A stretch of DNA of 63,985 nt, filler included, from Porpidia crustulata (Eukaryota), in NCBI GenBank assembly GCA_964255105.1. It is 5 parts of 5 records of this genome, joined end to end, with 100 filler letters (N's around TTAATTAATTAA, not from the genome) between each part and the next. Parts side by side here need not be neighbours in the genome. Positions count along the whole stretch, not along the records: positions 12,932 to 25,759 come from CAXUWE010000482.1; positions 25,860 to 38,645 come from CAXUWE010000483.1; 3 more parts are not named here. The stretch is one strand, 5' to 3'. Position numbers and translations under genes: made by a program. Positions 22,794-34,277 of this stretch are shown one piece after another (the first letter of the stretch is position 1; each line of letters begins with the position of its first letter). The notes below the pieces were generated by a model. That model had not been told where the DNA came from. It saw only the letters and a program-made list of their open reading frames with translations, and ran no database searches.

Positions 22794-25739
22794 ATGGCTC
22801 GCAATGCCATTGCTCACGGTGAGCTTGATGCTATGTCCAATTCCGATTACTCCCATATCTCAGTACCACGCTCCAGCGATCACAACGCCCTGGAAATACA
22901 GCACTCGTCTTCTGATTTCGAGATAACGTCTGTGCGATCGAGAAATATTTCGAACGCTTCTTCCGTTGCGCTGCGACACCCAACACCGGATTTGCAATCA
23001 TTACAAGGTGCATACATTGGGAACATTGAGCGATTGGAACAAAGTGCCGAACGCCTTAGTATCTCATCGGACATTGGAGAAGAATTGCGGAAGCTCAAGA
23101 TAGAACAACGCAAATCGGAAAGTAGAAGATCGTCTTTGAATCCGCATATTGAAGAAGACCAGATTCCATCGCCGGCCGTCCGTCAATTCCCTTACGGCCA
23201 GGGATCTCACGCATCCAATTCGCTTATTGACATGAACCATTTTGCAAGAGCAGGTGGATTCTCTCCGTCCGGATACTTTGCGTCTCCAATGGGCTCACTA
23301 CATTCTGGATCTTGGTCCCAGCAGAATTCAGTCAAGGGAAGATCCATTTCGCAAGCGTCCCGTCTTACTGGAGTGCTTGAGCCAGGAAATGGTAGCAAGC
23401 CAAATGACACTCACGAATCGAATATTGTACTCCCTGCAGTAGCTCCTCTTAAACTGCTGCCAAAAGTACTACGGGTAACCAATGATGAAGAAAGCTCGGT
23501 GGAAAACGGCAATAATACAAACGACCCTGAACTTGTACAGTCTAGGTTGCAGGAGCGCAAAAACAGTGTTTCGGAGCTTGCTGAAATAGCTGGTGCCTCA
23601 AATCTGTCTCACCAGACCAACCAACTTTTTGAAGATTTTGATGGCGTCCACATTACCGCTCACCCAGACGAGCCACTTTCTAGACTCGACACGGCCAGGA
23701 GTCGAACTCCGTCAAACCCGCTCATGCCAGCCAACAGACCCAGACCAAAGTCTTACTTGGATCCTAGACCAAAGTCGTACATAGAACCGCCACCTGACGA
23801 GGATATGGTCTATTATCCAGCGCCTGTACCTATGATACTGAACCTACCGCAAAAACTGTCAAAGCTTCCACCTATTGCGCAAAAAGATAAGCGACGATCA
23901 CAGATCCTAGGTGCTTTGCCAACCGATGCACGCAAATCAGCTGCATGGCTGCCAAATGTCTTGGAAGGCCACGACGAAGGGTCGGAGGATGCGGAGAATA
24001 GCAGGTCACCACAGAAGGATGTGGGTAAGAGGAGGAGCACGGTCGATGTACCGCCACAACTAAGAGCCAGTGTATTCTTTGACTACCCGGCTGCTCAACA
24101 AAACGTAGAGCTTATTGGAGATTCTGCAGTCGCCACATTAGATAGCATTCTAGACGCTTCCGCATATGCTCCAGTGTCTGCATTTACTGATCATCCGATT
24201 GTTGGCCATGCAGGTCCAGAGGTTTATGGAAAGACTGCTGCAGGGGCTAGAGAGAGCATGATGTCAACCGAGAAGCTAGAGCCTAAGAGAAGGAGGAATT
24301 CGTTGAACCTTTTGAGACGGAATAGTTCTTCGAACATGCTGGATGATAGTAAAAGACGGAATAGTAGTTTATTGAGCCTGGGTAACTTTGGCAGGAGGAA
24401 GAGCAATGCTCCAGAGCTTGAGATTGATGACTCTCGCAATGAAGCAGAGGCAGCTTCTATGCATCCCGAAGACAGTCCATTGACAGAAGAGCATGGAGGC
24501 GAAACATATGATCATTCGGGAGAGCGGCCGGATGACCTTGCAGAATTTCATGACGCCCAAGAAGACTTTGACAACGACCTTCAAGACGACCCGGACAATT
24601 TCAACGGCCAGCCAACTACCCTCCTTGCCGAGCTCCAGCTTCGCAAGCAACAGCTCAAGACCCGCACTCGTACCGCCGCAATTGCTTACCCTAATGGCAT
24701 GCACTCCACCCTTCTCGAACTAGACGCCGTTGCCCAAGTTGAAAAACGCTCGAGACAGCAGAAACACATCAACCTCGCCTGGGAAGCCCCAGGAACACAT
24801 CACCCCACAACAGGAAATGACGACGATGAAGATGTACCTCTAGGTATGCTATTCCCTAACCGCCAAGCCAACGCCCGAGCGCGTTACGACGAAGATAGAC
24901 CCATCGGTCTCATTGCTCGGAGAGACATGGAGGACAATGAGCCTCTCTCTCGTCGTCGTGCCCGCCTTCGTGGTGAAGAAACGCTTCCCCGCGAAGCCGA
25001 ACTTGCTAGACGCATGAGCACCTACACCCTTAACCTCCCCGGGTTTGCCACAGAGTCCCAAGCAGGGGGTGACGCCGTCCCGGAGGAAGAAGGTGAAACC
25101 CTCGCCCAGCGTCTCAAACGACTGAAGAATGCCAATTCACCTGCCGCTGCCCAGAGGTCTATAAGCGGAGACTTTACCAGCGAAGTGATGTCTCTGCTCG
25201 GCGTACCCACTCCCCCTACCGAAAACGCCCTTGTTCGTCCTACTGACAACGGCGAAGAGGAAGAAGAAGAAACACTCGGTCAGCGCCGTAAACGGCTGCA
25301 AGCCGAACGTGACGCAGCCAACAACAAAGCAGCGCGCCCAGGCATGAACTCACGCCGCACAAGCATGGCGGACTTACTCCAAGCACATCCCGCCGCCGGT
25401 GCTTCCAGAACTGTCAGTAGAGAGGAGCTGCCCAGAAAGACCCGCAACACGGCATGGGCCATGGACGTGAACAAGAGAGCTAGTGAGGGGAATTTGGCCT
25501 TGGGAGCCGGAAGCGGGTTTGGGTTGGACGGTGGTAACGGATTAGGTCTGGGTATGGGCACGAACGGTAACTACGCAAGGACAAACGGGGGCTACGGGCC
25601 GCTGGGCGCTGCTGCAACGGCAGCACACAACCAAGGCGCGAGAACGGTCCCGCACCCCATGGTCAGCGGCGGCATGGTGGGCATGGAAAAAGGCCAGCGC
25701 GACATGATTGAGCGATGGCGGACCAGCGTCTTGCACTGA
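22794..25739 (+). CDS. Large, mostly disordered conserved fungal protein of unknown function
   Basis: 1058-aa open frame (likely ATG at 22794) with conserved-looking islands 'PTPDLQSLQGAY.GNIERLE', 'YYPAPVP..LNLP.KLS', 'ATLDSILDASA.APVSAFTDHP', 'PTTLLAELQLRK' and C-terminal 'IERWRTSV'. Confidence 0.85.
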   Translation: MARNAIAHGELDAMSNSDYSHISVPRSSDHNALEIQHSSSDFEITSVRSRNISNASSVALRHPTPDLQSLQGAYIGNIERLEQSAERLSISSDIGEELRKLKIEQRKSESRRSSLNPHIEEDQIPSPAVRQFPYGQGSHASNSLIDMNHFARAGGFSPSGYFASPMGSLHSGSWSQQNSVKGRSISQASRLTGVLEPGNGSKPNDTHESNIVLPAVAPLKLLPKVLRVTNDEESSVENGNNTNDPELVQSRLQERKNSVSELAEIAGASNLSHQTNQLFEDFDGVHITAHPDEPLSRLDTARSRTPSNPLMPANRPRPKSYLDPRPKSYIEPPPDEDMVYYPAPVPMILNLPQKLSKLPPIAQKDKRRSQILGALPTDARKSAAWLPNVLEGHDEGSEDAENSRSPQKDVGKRRSTVDVPPQLRASVFFDYPAAQQNVELIGDSAVATLDSILDASAYAPVSAFTDHPIVGHAGPEVYGKTAAGARESMMSTEKLEPKRRRNSLNLLRRNSSSNMLDDSKRRNSSLLSLGNFGRRKSNAPELEIDDSRNEAEAASMHPEDSPLTEEHGGETYDHSGERPDDLAEFHDAQEDFDNDLQDDPDNFNGQPTTLLAELQLRKQQLKTRTRTAAIAYPNGMHSTLLELDAVAQVEKRSRQQKHINLAWEAPGTHHPTTGNDDDEDVPLGMLFPNRQANARARYDEDRPIGLIARRDMEDNEPLSRRRARLRGEETLPREAELARRMSTYTLNLPGFATESQAGGDAVPEEEGETLAQRLKRLKNANSPAAAQRSISGDFTSEVMSLLGVPTPPTENALVRPTDNGEEEEEETLGQRRKRLQAERDAANNKAARPGMNSRRTSMADLLQAHPAAGASRTVSREELPRKTRNTAWAMDVNKRASEGNLALGAGSGFGLDGGNGLGLGMGTNGNYARTNGGYGPLGAAATAAHNQGARTVPHPMVSGGMVGMEKGQRDMIERWRTSVLH

Positions 25740-25759
25740 CTGACGGGAGTAATTTAAAT

Positions 25760-25859
25760 NNNNNNNNNNNNNNNNNNNNNNNNNNNNNNNNNNNNNNNNN
25801 NNNTTAATTAATTAANNNNNNNNNNNNNNNNNNNNNNNNNNNNNNNNNNNNNNNNNNNN
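25760..25859. other. Artificial contig linker
   Basis: 44 N + TTAATTAATTAA + 44 N. Confidence 0.99.
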
Positions 25860-27120
25860 CTTGGTTTGGGGATCAAATATCTGCTTGAGCCACTCCAAGC
25901 TGATCTTGGAGTCGATATATCCAGATTCGGAGCACGCATACTGCCATCCGGGGGTGGGGAAAGTAGTCCAGTTGCTTCGATGGATACTAGCTAGCCAAAT
26001 AATCATAGGTGTTAAATACTCACCGTCAGCGCTGATGCACTCGATCGCAGTCACTGTTGTTCGCTTGATTCGCACGCCTCTGTAATTTCGTATATCGTCC
26101 TTATCTACAATGACTTTGACAGAGCCTGGCATGGATAGCATTGTCCCAGCCTCGTGCATATTATAGACATTCTTTGGTAGAATGCTTGGATCTTGTAATA
26201 CCTTTTTGATCACCTCAAACCAGTGCGTGATCTTCTTGTACGTGTTTTTCTCGTGACGGTTTCAGTCTAGTGCTCTAACTCTTCTCGCTTGAAGTACTGT
26301 ACGGCGTTTCTCGAAAGCCTTCGCCCAGTTCCTGCCTGGAGGCTTGAGTGGTCTGTCCGTCGGGGGTCGCTGGTGGGTGACACTAAAAGCGAGTGAAGGA
26401 ACAAATTTGATTCGCACAGGTTGTCCGAAATCAGCCAATTGGAATAAAAACTTAAGGAGGGCTCTCTCTTCCCACGGAGTGAGATACTGTTGGCTCTCGG
26501 CCTTCTGTTCTAGCGAGCGTCGTCCCTGTGCATGGTGATGTAGGGTCGAGTGAGGGACCCCGCCATGATCTGCCAGGGCATGGTATGATTTAGGCATGCC
26601 AACAGAAATGCCTTGCGTCAGTATTTGACTGGCTCTGTCCATATTAGCTTACTGTAATGATAGCGATAACGGACGGAACCGAGTGAGAAGCAGCGCCTCT
26701 AGGCAGCAAGAGTGAGGCAGACAATAATTGCACTAGACATAAAGAAAATGGGCATGTGCCTCCCTATGGACGCTTGTAGAAACATAGAACGGTGCGCCAC
26801 AGTTAGCCTAGAAGCTATATCGAACAGAGTATGGCTCCACATGATACCAAAAAATACGGTATCAAACCATAGACTAACGCATTCCAAGGTACGCTTAAAT
26901 ATCGCTCCAAGGCGCGAGGCTGTCGCCACCCTTCTTCGCACGGAAGACTTCGGAATGTATGTTTAAAGCTTGGAGCTATATTCTTTCTTCATGGAACTAT
27001 CATACTATGGTTCCGAAAACCGAAAATATGTGACTGGTCGTGATTTAGCAGGGGGGAACAGCTGAAGCGGCAATTGATGGCGTCAACCGAACGAGCGTCA
27101 ACATGACCAACACCTCAGTA
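25860..27120 (-). mobile_element. pogo/Fot1-type Tc1-mariner DNA transposon, inactive, truncated by the contig start; transposase 26642 to <25860
   Basis: HTH region 'GVPHSTLHH...QQYLTPWEE' and 'PPGRNWAKAFEKR', then DDE_1 region 'NVYNMHEAG', 'TAIECISADG', 'SGYIDSKISLEWLKQIFDPQT'. In-frame TGA at 26264-26262. The candidate TA-flanked terminus near 27120, with gcgtcaac twice, is tentative. Confidence 0.88.
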
Positions 27121-27434
27121 ATTTTCGTTGCAGACAGGTGTCTGGGAGGAGAAATGGCTGTGGAAAAGTCCTTTACCAACCATATCTTCATGGACTTGCG
27201 AGGGAGAGACTTCAAAGGCCTAAATTGATGGTTCGTCCCACGACGGGGTGCGTCTCGCGACCCAGGGACGGACGTTATTGAATTGGAGTTCTATCTAAGC
27301 CAGATGGCGACTATATGTTGCCGTCGGTCACAAAAACCAAATGTCCCTCGCTTTGACACGGTTCGTAATAGAGGCATATGTCGCTCAGAGCGATAGGAGC
27401 AGCTACAATACTCTGCGGAAAATACATGATTTGC

Positions 27435-28268
27435 CTAATGGATCTCTCCGTGGACGCGGGATCGCGGTGAGTGATGATGGTGACCAATTTTGTGTGCGAA
27501 CGGAAGTGTTGACGGTGGGGAGGCACGTGTTCTTTCTGTCCGTGGTTCAGCATTCCTAATCTGTATGGACGACTCGGGCGTTGGATTTCCTCGTTCGGAT
27601 AGTTGCCTTGATGGTGCTTTACAAGACGTGCCGATGCAACAAGAGATCAGGTTGCTTTTGAGATTACTTACATTGGCCTCGTTATCATTGGGATAGGTGT
27701 AAGCAGCCCCTGCGCAAGCTGTGAAAAACGGCGGAGCAGGTCCATCGGCGATATTCTGGGCGGAGTTGAGGCAGACAGGGCCATCGACTTGATTGTTACA
27801 GATGATGCCTGGCTGCTTAAATGGATCGATGTTGCAGCCGGAGACCGCTGTGCCCTCAGAAGAGCATGTAACGGGCACAGAGTAGCCATCGACATAGCTG
27901 ACATCGATATCTGGTGGACCTGTAAGGCTGCCTTCGATCTTACTGCCCATAGGGTTGGTATTTGGCCCAACATATATCCTTCCTGCCCACCCGGTTGGGA
28001 AAGTGTATTGAGTAGGCGAAGTATCGGGAAGTATAGTGGCCGATGGATTCCCTACAGGGGACGGGCCACCAGCATTTGAACCAAAGGAGAGAGACAATTG
28101 GGTTCCGTACACGTTAGTGATGGAAATCGTCATATAACCGCCTGAGCTATCGGTAGTACTTCGAGGGTCCGGAGCACTCGTGACTGGAACAGAACTTGAA
28201 GCCAACGTCGAATCCCCGTTCGCACGAGTCAGAGTCAGAGTCACAGTCATAGTCGCGTGGGCGGGCAT
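27435..28268 (-). CDS. Thaumatin/osmotin-like protein
   Basis: Motifs 'FPTGWAGRI', 'SKIEGS', 'DIDVSYVDGYSVPVTC', 'FFTACAGAAYTYPND' and spaced cysteines. Start uncertain; the frame is open to 28409. Confidence 0.85.
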   Translation of the reverse strand: MPAHATMTVTLTLTRANGDSTLASSSVPVTSAPDPRSTTDSSGGYMTISITNVYGTQLSLSFGSNAGGPSPVGNPSATILPDTSPTQYTFPTGWAGRIYVGPNTNPMGSKIEGSLTGPPDIDVSYVDGYSVPVTCSSEGTAVSGCNIDPFKQPGIICNNQVDGPVCLNSAQNIADGPAPPFFTACAGAAYTYPNDNEANVSNLKSNLISCCIGTSCKAPSRQLSERGNPTPESSIQIRNAEPRTERTRASPPSTLPFAHKIGHHHHSPRSRVHGEIH

Positions 28269-28779
28269 TTGAATGGACTTGCAGCTACCAGAGCCGCGAG
28301 GGCCAAAACAACGATCTGACAGGATTTCTTCATTGTACAGCCGAAGCGTCAAGAGAATTATCTGTGTCGAAGAACACTGGCGCTGTCGTTGCCTTTTGTA
28401 GTGCTTCAACCGTGAGTCAGTCTTTGGATGCTCATGAAAGCATCCACAAACGGAAACCTTTGCGAAATTCTGTCGAACGGCTAAGCACGTGGTAGCCTTT
28501 ACTTACCCCCATCCTTCGTACTCTCTTCATCTGTCCCTTTCTATTGCAGGCGCCTGTAAGGGATGTCGAGCTTGAATCGACCTCTCGCTGTGGGCCTTGA
28601 CTTGAGACGGTTACTCTTGCCGAGCAGTGATGGCGAAAGCTTTGATAAGAAGTTGTACTGGTGATATAGATAGAGGAAACCTATATCGGAAAAGGGGTTT
28701 GGAGATTGCTCTTCATAGGCCGGGGACGTTGCTAATCTACTGACCGGTTGAAGGAAACCTATAACTGAGGTTTCCGCGT

Positions 28780-28930
28780 TCGTCACGTTTGATTTCAATC
28801 GAAGAATTACAGTCAGACGCAGTCATCCCAGAACAATCCTTCTTAGAAGCATCAATGCCCGCTGCAAAGAGCAATTGAACAACGTCTTCATGATTTCCAC
28901 TCGCAGCGTAACGTAGTGTGATCAACAGAA
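28780..28930 (-). pseudogene. Ankyrin-repeat gene fragment
   Basis: 'ITLRYAASGNHEDVVQLLFAAGIDASKKDCSGMTA' is one ankyrin unit with no intact gene around it. Confidence 0.55.
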
Positions 28931-29656
28931 GTGCGAACAATAGGGCAGTCCGGATCAAAACCATCGTTCGTCTTGATTGTGTCAACCTTGTCACGGCCTG
29001 AGGTAGCGGTCACTCCAAGATAAGGTGTAGGAGGCAGTCGAGCCTTTAATACCCCCAATTCGGAATATTTGCGGTGGAAAGTGTTTCAATTTTCGACACA
29101 GTGGAGCTCATCAATAGCGAGGACGGCGACGCGACTGCGAAAAAGATCCGTCTTAATCACGTTTTCGTGGAATTTCTTCGTGAGTACCAACTCTGGACTG
29201 ATAAAGACTAAGAATCAATTAGTTGATAGGTAGACAAACAAGGGTATTTGAGAATATAGAGAGCGTGTCAATTGTCTGTTTGATTGGGGAAATGAAGGTC
29301 CAGAAGGTAGGTGTAAGGAAGATGGATGGAAAGTGCAGGAAACCTCATTTTCAGTAAGGTGAAGCAGGAAAGCAGAAGTGAATGAAGACCGCGAGGGCTT
29401 GGCTTTATCCGATTATGACGGCATCCCTCAACTTCTTTCAAGCATGTAATGAATTGTACTCTAGCAGCCTTCTCATACCTGTTAACCCCTATACCGAGAT
29501 CATCACCTCGCTGTCGAGATACAAGGTATGCTATAGATTCTTGGTATACGTATTCCCAAAAAGCTGACTCCTGCTCACACAGAACCACAAAGAAAAACCT
29601 CCCAAACCACCTACCTCACCTACCATATCTCACAAAGCAGACACCAACCACATACA

Positions 29657-30574
29657 ATGACCGCACAACGACCTACCTGGTGGGACGGCGTAGCCTCCGC
29701 AATTAATCAACCCAAGCTGGACTGGCTCAATGTCAGCGCCGTGGCGTTCGTTGAGATGGCTCAGATTCAACCAGACTCATCAATCCTTGATCTAGGCTGC
29801 GGCACGGCTGTGGTAGCTCTGGCGGCATTACCTTTGTTGGGTCCTAATCATGGAGCCGTCATTGGAATCGACGATTCACATGCGATGCTACAAGAGAGTC
29901 GACGCATCTGGGACGCAATCGACGTGAGAGACGCCATCACTTTATACCATGGCGATGTCAGACAGCTGGATACCATTATCGGATTTCACCAAGCCTCGCA
30001 AAATGAAACAGCACCTACATTTGACTATGTCTTCGCACGCAATCTCCTTAGTAGCATACCAGAAAACGAGCGACTGGCGGTGCTTCAGCACTGGGCGCAC
30101 TACCGTACTCCATACATGGGTCGTCTAGTCGTGACGTTCAGCCTAATGGATTATGCAGGACTTATGCTGGTTGACGGCGCAGGCCAGGCTCATAGACGCT
30201 GGCACAGCATGGTGGAGACGGAGTGGATTCGGGGAGAACAGGCATTTAGAGAGTTTATCACTATAGCAGGGTTTCAGTTGGAAAGAATTGAACGAGTTGG
30301 CTTCCAAGGACCGGATGCTAATCTGTGGGAGGATGTTGGAATTGATCTGGAGGCACATGCACATCTTCGATACACAGAGTGTCAACAGGAGGATAACCTG
30401 ACACCTGAGTGGTCAAACCCTGACGGAGGCTTCTCCATTCTGTTCAAAAAACAGCTAAGGGAGGAGGCGATCGAGGGATTGATCTCTCAATTGATGGAGC
30501 AGCTGGGCGAGGGAAGGGAGGATGGGATGCATTTGGTGCCATTCGTGGCGAACTTGGCGGGCGTGGTGGCCTGA
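29657..30574 (+). CDS. Class I SAM-dependent methyltransferase (divergent)
   Basis: Motif I 'ILDLGCGT', followed by 'VIGIDDSHAML', 'HGDV', 'FDYVFARN' and 'GRLVV'; intronless 305 aa. Confidence 0.88.
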   Translation: MTAQRPTWWDGVASAINQPKLDWLNVSAVAFVEMAQIQPDSSILDLGCGTAVVALAALPLLGPNHGAVIGIDDSHAMLQESRRIWDAIDVRDAITLYHGDVRQLDTIIGFHQASQNETAPTFDYVFARNLLSSIPENERLAVLQHWAHYRTPYMGRLVVTFSLMDYAGLMLVDGAGQAHRRWHSMVETEWIRGEQAFREFITIAGFQLERIERVGFQGPDANLWEDVGIDLEAHAHLRYTECQQEDNLTPEWSNPDGGFSILFKKQLREEAIEGLISQLMEQLGEGREDGMHLVPFVANLAGVVA

Positions 30575-30886
30575 TTCAGTAGAGATATCTACAGAGAGGG
30601 CAAAATACAATTATTTCCCAAAATTTCATCTAGCGCGACTGTAATTATTTGAAAATCAGCCGTCCGGAAGCCTATTTATCGGATTCTTGGGGGTTCCGGG
30701 TACAGACCTCCTGCGGAGAAATGCACTTGTGCGCTAAATTTCGGTCTAAGCAGGGGTCTGTTCTAGAGACAATTGGGGGCTCTGCGCAAACTCCATGCGG
30801 CGCAAAATCACTGTGACCACAACCTACAACGTACCGTTTCTCCGGAACAATGCTTGTTGCTGGAGAGCATTACAGTTGTCTTTCTG

Positions 30887-31400
30887 ATGATGCCGCCAGG
30901 GTCGTTGATCTTTGAGCTCCCGGCGGAACTGAGAAGCCAGATCTCGCGATTCGTGTCCCTCCCCAACATTACCTCGCGCTAGCCACTACACAATAGAACT
31001 ACATTTCTCTTTGTTTATCGGCAGATCCACAACGAGGTCCTGAGCTTTTTATATAAAGAACTCTTCTTTTCTGGCCTCGTTCTCGGTCTTCCAGGACTAT
31101 TTCAAAGTTCATCTCAGCCGTAGTATTGGAGAATATGGCGAGAGTACATGAGGTGTCCTTATGGATCCGGTATCGCCGTAAAAACTCAGCTCATGACATG
31201 GGAGTAAGGTCTCTCGCTCGTGGAGGGAGGCTCACAGGCCCTGAAGAGCTTTGGATAGACGTCATCGACCATACGACTCGTGGCTGAATTGGAACCCATG
31301 GCTGACAACGCGTTAAAAGTATAACCCTGAGTACAGAGGATGCAGCAAAACTGGAGCAGAAGGGAGTCAACATTGGATGTAGAGGAAGCTGAAGCTTGAG
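30887..31400 (+). pseudogene. Degenerate F-box-like gene relic
   Basis: 'LIFELPAELRSQISRFV' and downstream 'LFVYRQIHNEVLSFLYKE' fit the fungal F-box-like L-P-x-E-L-R ... R-Q-I-x-x-E pattern; interrupted by stops. Confidence 0.45.
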
Positions 31401-31559
31401 GGAGCAACAACTGGAGCTCAACATGAATGCCTCAAAATTGGTTTCCCTCCCCCGAAGGCTGCACGAACAAGACCTTCTGGAAAGAAAATACTCAGAGCGC
31501 TGGTCTAACGGCAATTCTCTTCCAGTTCGCTTTCTAGTTATTTGGCGATCTCGACGACA

Positions 31560-34277
31560 ATGACATCCCCGCTCGGCAGTGCTGGCACTGCGCTTTAAGC
31601 CTCACCAGAAACAGGAAGACACGCTCAAGGGCTCTCGCTCCAAAACTTTCTGGCATCACTCGTCACATCGGCGATCATATTTGCCACTGAAGTCTGTGTG
31701 TTTGTCCTTCTTAAGGATAGACTCAAACACATCTAGTGAGTCGCGGTCACCCTAGAAGTGCAAAGATACTGAGTCGGTGTGCTAGTCAACCTCGAACTTA
31801 TCTCGTGCCTGAAGGACAACGTACCATTCAACGTCCTTCAGGTATCATATCCTGGATTCCACGTGTGTTCCAGCTCCCCGACAGGATCATCTTACAACAC
31901 TCTGGCCTGGATGCTTTCTTCTTTCTTCGATATATTCGCACTCTTCTCATTATCTTCACCAGCCTATTAGTCGTTGTCATACCAACCCTCGTCCCACTAA
32001 ACTTGCTCGGTGGTAATGATGCTGCAGGTCAAACCCAAGGTCTCGATAGGTACAGCTGGGCGAATATCGGGCTCGATCACACTGAATTCTACTGGGCCCA
32101 TTTGGTGATGGCCTTGCTTATGATCGTGTTCATATATTACACCATTTACGTGGAACTGCTTTTTTACGTTCACGTCCGTAATTCTTACCTGGCGTCACCG
32201 GCGCATCGTCTCTTGGAGGCTGCGAACACGATTCTGGTGACCGATATTCCCGAGAAAGACCTTCTGGTATTGGAGGATGTGTACGGTATATTCCCCGGTG
32301 GAGTTCATTCCGTCTGGATCAATCGAGATCTCTCGGCATTGTCGAAGAAGATTCAAGAGCGAAAAACCCTCGTCACCACGCTGGAAGCCGCGGAGACCAG
32401 CCTTATAACATCGGCAACGAAGTCGTTCCGTCAACGCAACAGCCACGAGCTTGCACAATCGAGTGGGGCGGATACCGAAAAGGAGGGACCGTTGTGGAGG
32501 CGCTACCTGAAGGAGAAGGACCGTGATTATATGTACATTCCAAAAAAAGGATGCAACTGGATGTCAGCAATTCCTCTCATCGGAAAACGGGTTGATACCA
32601 TCCATTACTGCTTAGACGAGCTGGCACGAATGAACAAAGAGATCAGGGCAGAACTAACAGAGCTGGCCGAGTTCGAGTCGAACGGAAGAGAATCAAGCAA
32701 GTATCCACGAATGAAATCCGCCTTTATACGATTCAACACTCAATCCGCCGCGTACATGGCCTGTCAAACTCTCCTGAACGCCAATCCTCTGCACTCATCC
32801 GCCCGACACATCAATGTTTCCGTGCGGGAACTAAGATGGAGCACTCTAAATCAAAGATGGTGGAATCGGTATATACGGAGTGGGTTGGCGTGGATCGCCA
32901 TCGCTTCTCTTCTTATAACGTGGGCGATACCCGTCGCATTCACGGGTTTCCTGTCCCAAATTACTACCCTCGGAGACTCTGTATCATGGCTTCACTTGAT
33001 ATCTGGCGCTCCGGCGTGGCTGAGTGGGATTATTCAAGGTGTGCTGCCGCAGTTGATGCTAGTAGTACTGAACGCATTGCTGCCGCTGGTCCTGCGCATT
33101 ATCACGGGTTGGCAAGGTCTGTCAACAGAGACGACAGTCGAGCTTTCGCTGCAGAAATACTATTTCGTCTTTCTCTTTTTGCAAAATTTTCTCACAGTGT
33201 CGCTTTCATCCAGTATTACGGCCATCGCTCAAGACCTCCTCCATGGCCTGAACTCTGCACCCGCGTTGTTGGCCAGAAACCTTCCCAAGGCGAGCAACTA
33301 CTTTTTGTCCTACCTCACTTTACAAAGTCTTTCGGTGAGTGCAGGTGCCTTCCTGCAAGCCGGAGGTCTAATCAACTGGCTTATCTTCGCCCCGTGGACG
33401 GATCGCACACCGAGACAGAAGTGGGAAAGACAGATGGGTTTACCGGAGATTCGGTGGGGTACCTTCTATCCTCTTTATACGAACCTCGCGTGTATTGGTA
33501 AGACGCTCGCATCGTTACCACGCCCCTGCTGATAATTTAGGCCTGACGTACTCCATCATCGCTCCCCTGATACTCCCGATCAGCGTTGCCACCTTCAGCT
33601 TATTTTGGTTTGTATTCCGCTACAACCTGCTCTACGTGTCGGCTTTTCCGTACGGTACTGGAGGTCAGCTTTATCCGACTGCTTTGAAGCAACTCTTTAT
33701 AGGGGTATATATGATGGAATTATGTCTTATAGGCCTTTTCCTGTCTACTCGCGATGATCGGGGTGTTTTTACCGGCATTGGTCAGGCCGTGGTTATGATG
33801 ATTGCTACAACATTGACGGTCATTTACCAACTGCTTCTTGCAAACATCTTCTCCTCAATTCTCAGATATCTGCCTGCCTCCACGAAAGAAAGGGGGGATG
33901 AGGATGAGGGAGGAGAATCGAATAGGAAGCACTCCTCAGCACCTGGGCTCGATCATTTACGACATCTAGGGCACACCTGCTATGGCTGGATGAGGCCTTT
34001 CAAGGAAGTCCCCCGAGATCTTCAAGAAAGTGTTAACGGACTCGCACAGAACGAATTCGACGTAACACCTCGACGTGGGTACAAGCATGAGGCTGCTGAC
34101 CATCGCAGCCCTGTCGTCTGGATTCCGAAGGACGACCTTGGAATCAGCGAAGATGAGATCGCCTACGCCAGAAACTACGCTCCAGATATCAGAATCAGCA
34201 ATGAGTTTGCAGACCTTGATATCAAAGGGCGCTTGGAGATTTCGCAGAATGTCTCCAACACTGAGATCGTTCAATAG
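31560..34277 (+). CDS. OSCA/TMEM63 (CSC1/RSN1, DUF221) calcium-permeable stress-gated channel; exons 31560-31735, 31786-33497, 33541-34277; in-frame TAA at 31596-31598
   Basis: Motifs 'HIYQPRTYLVP', 'GLDAFFFLRY', 'SAFIRFN', 'LARNLPKASNYFLSY', 'YSIIAPLILP', 'PVVWIPKDDLGISEDEI'. Canonical introns. The stop at codon 13 may make this a pseudogene. Confidence 0.9.
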
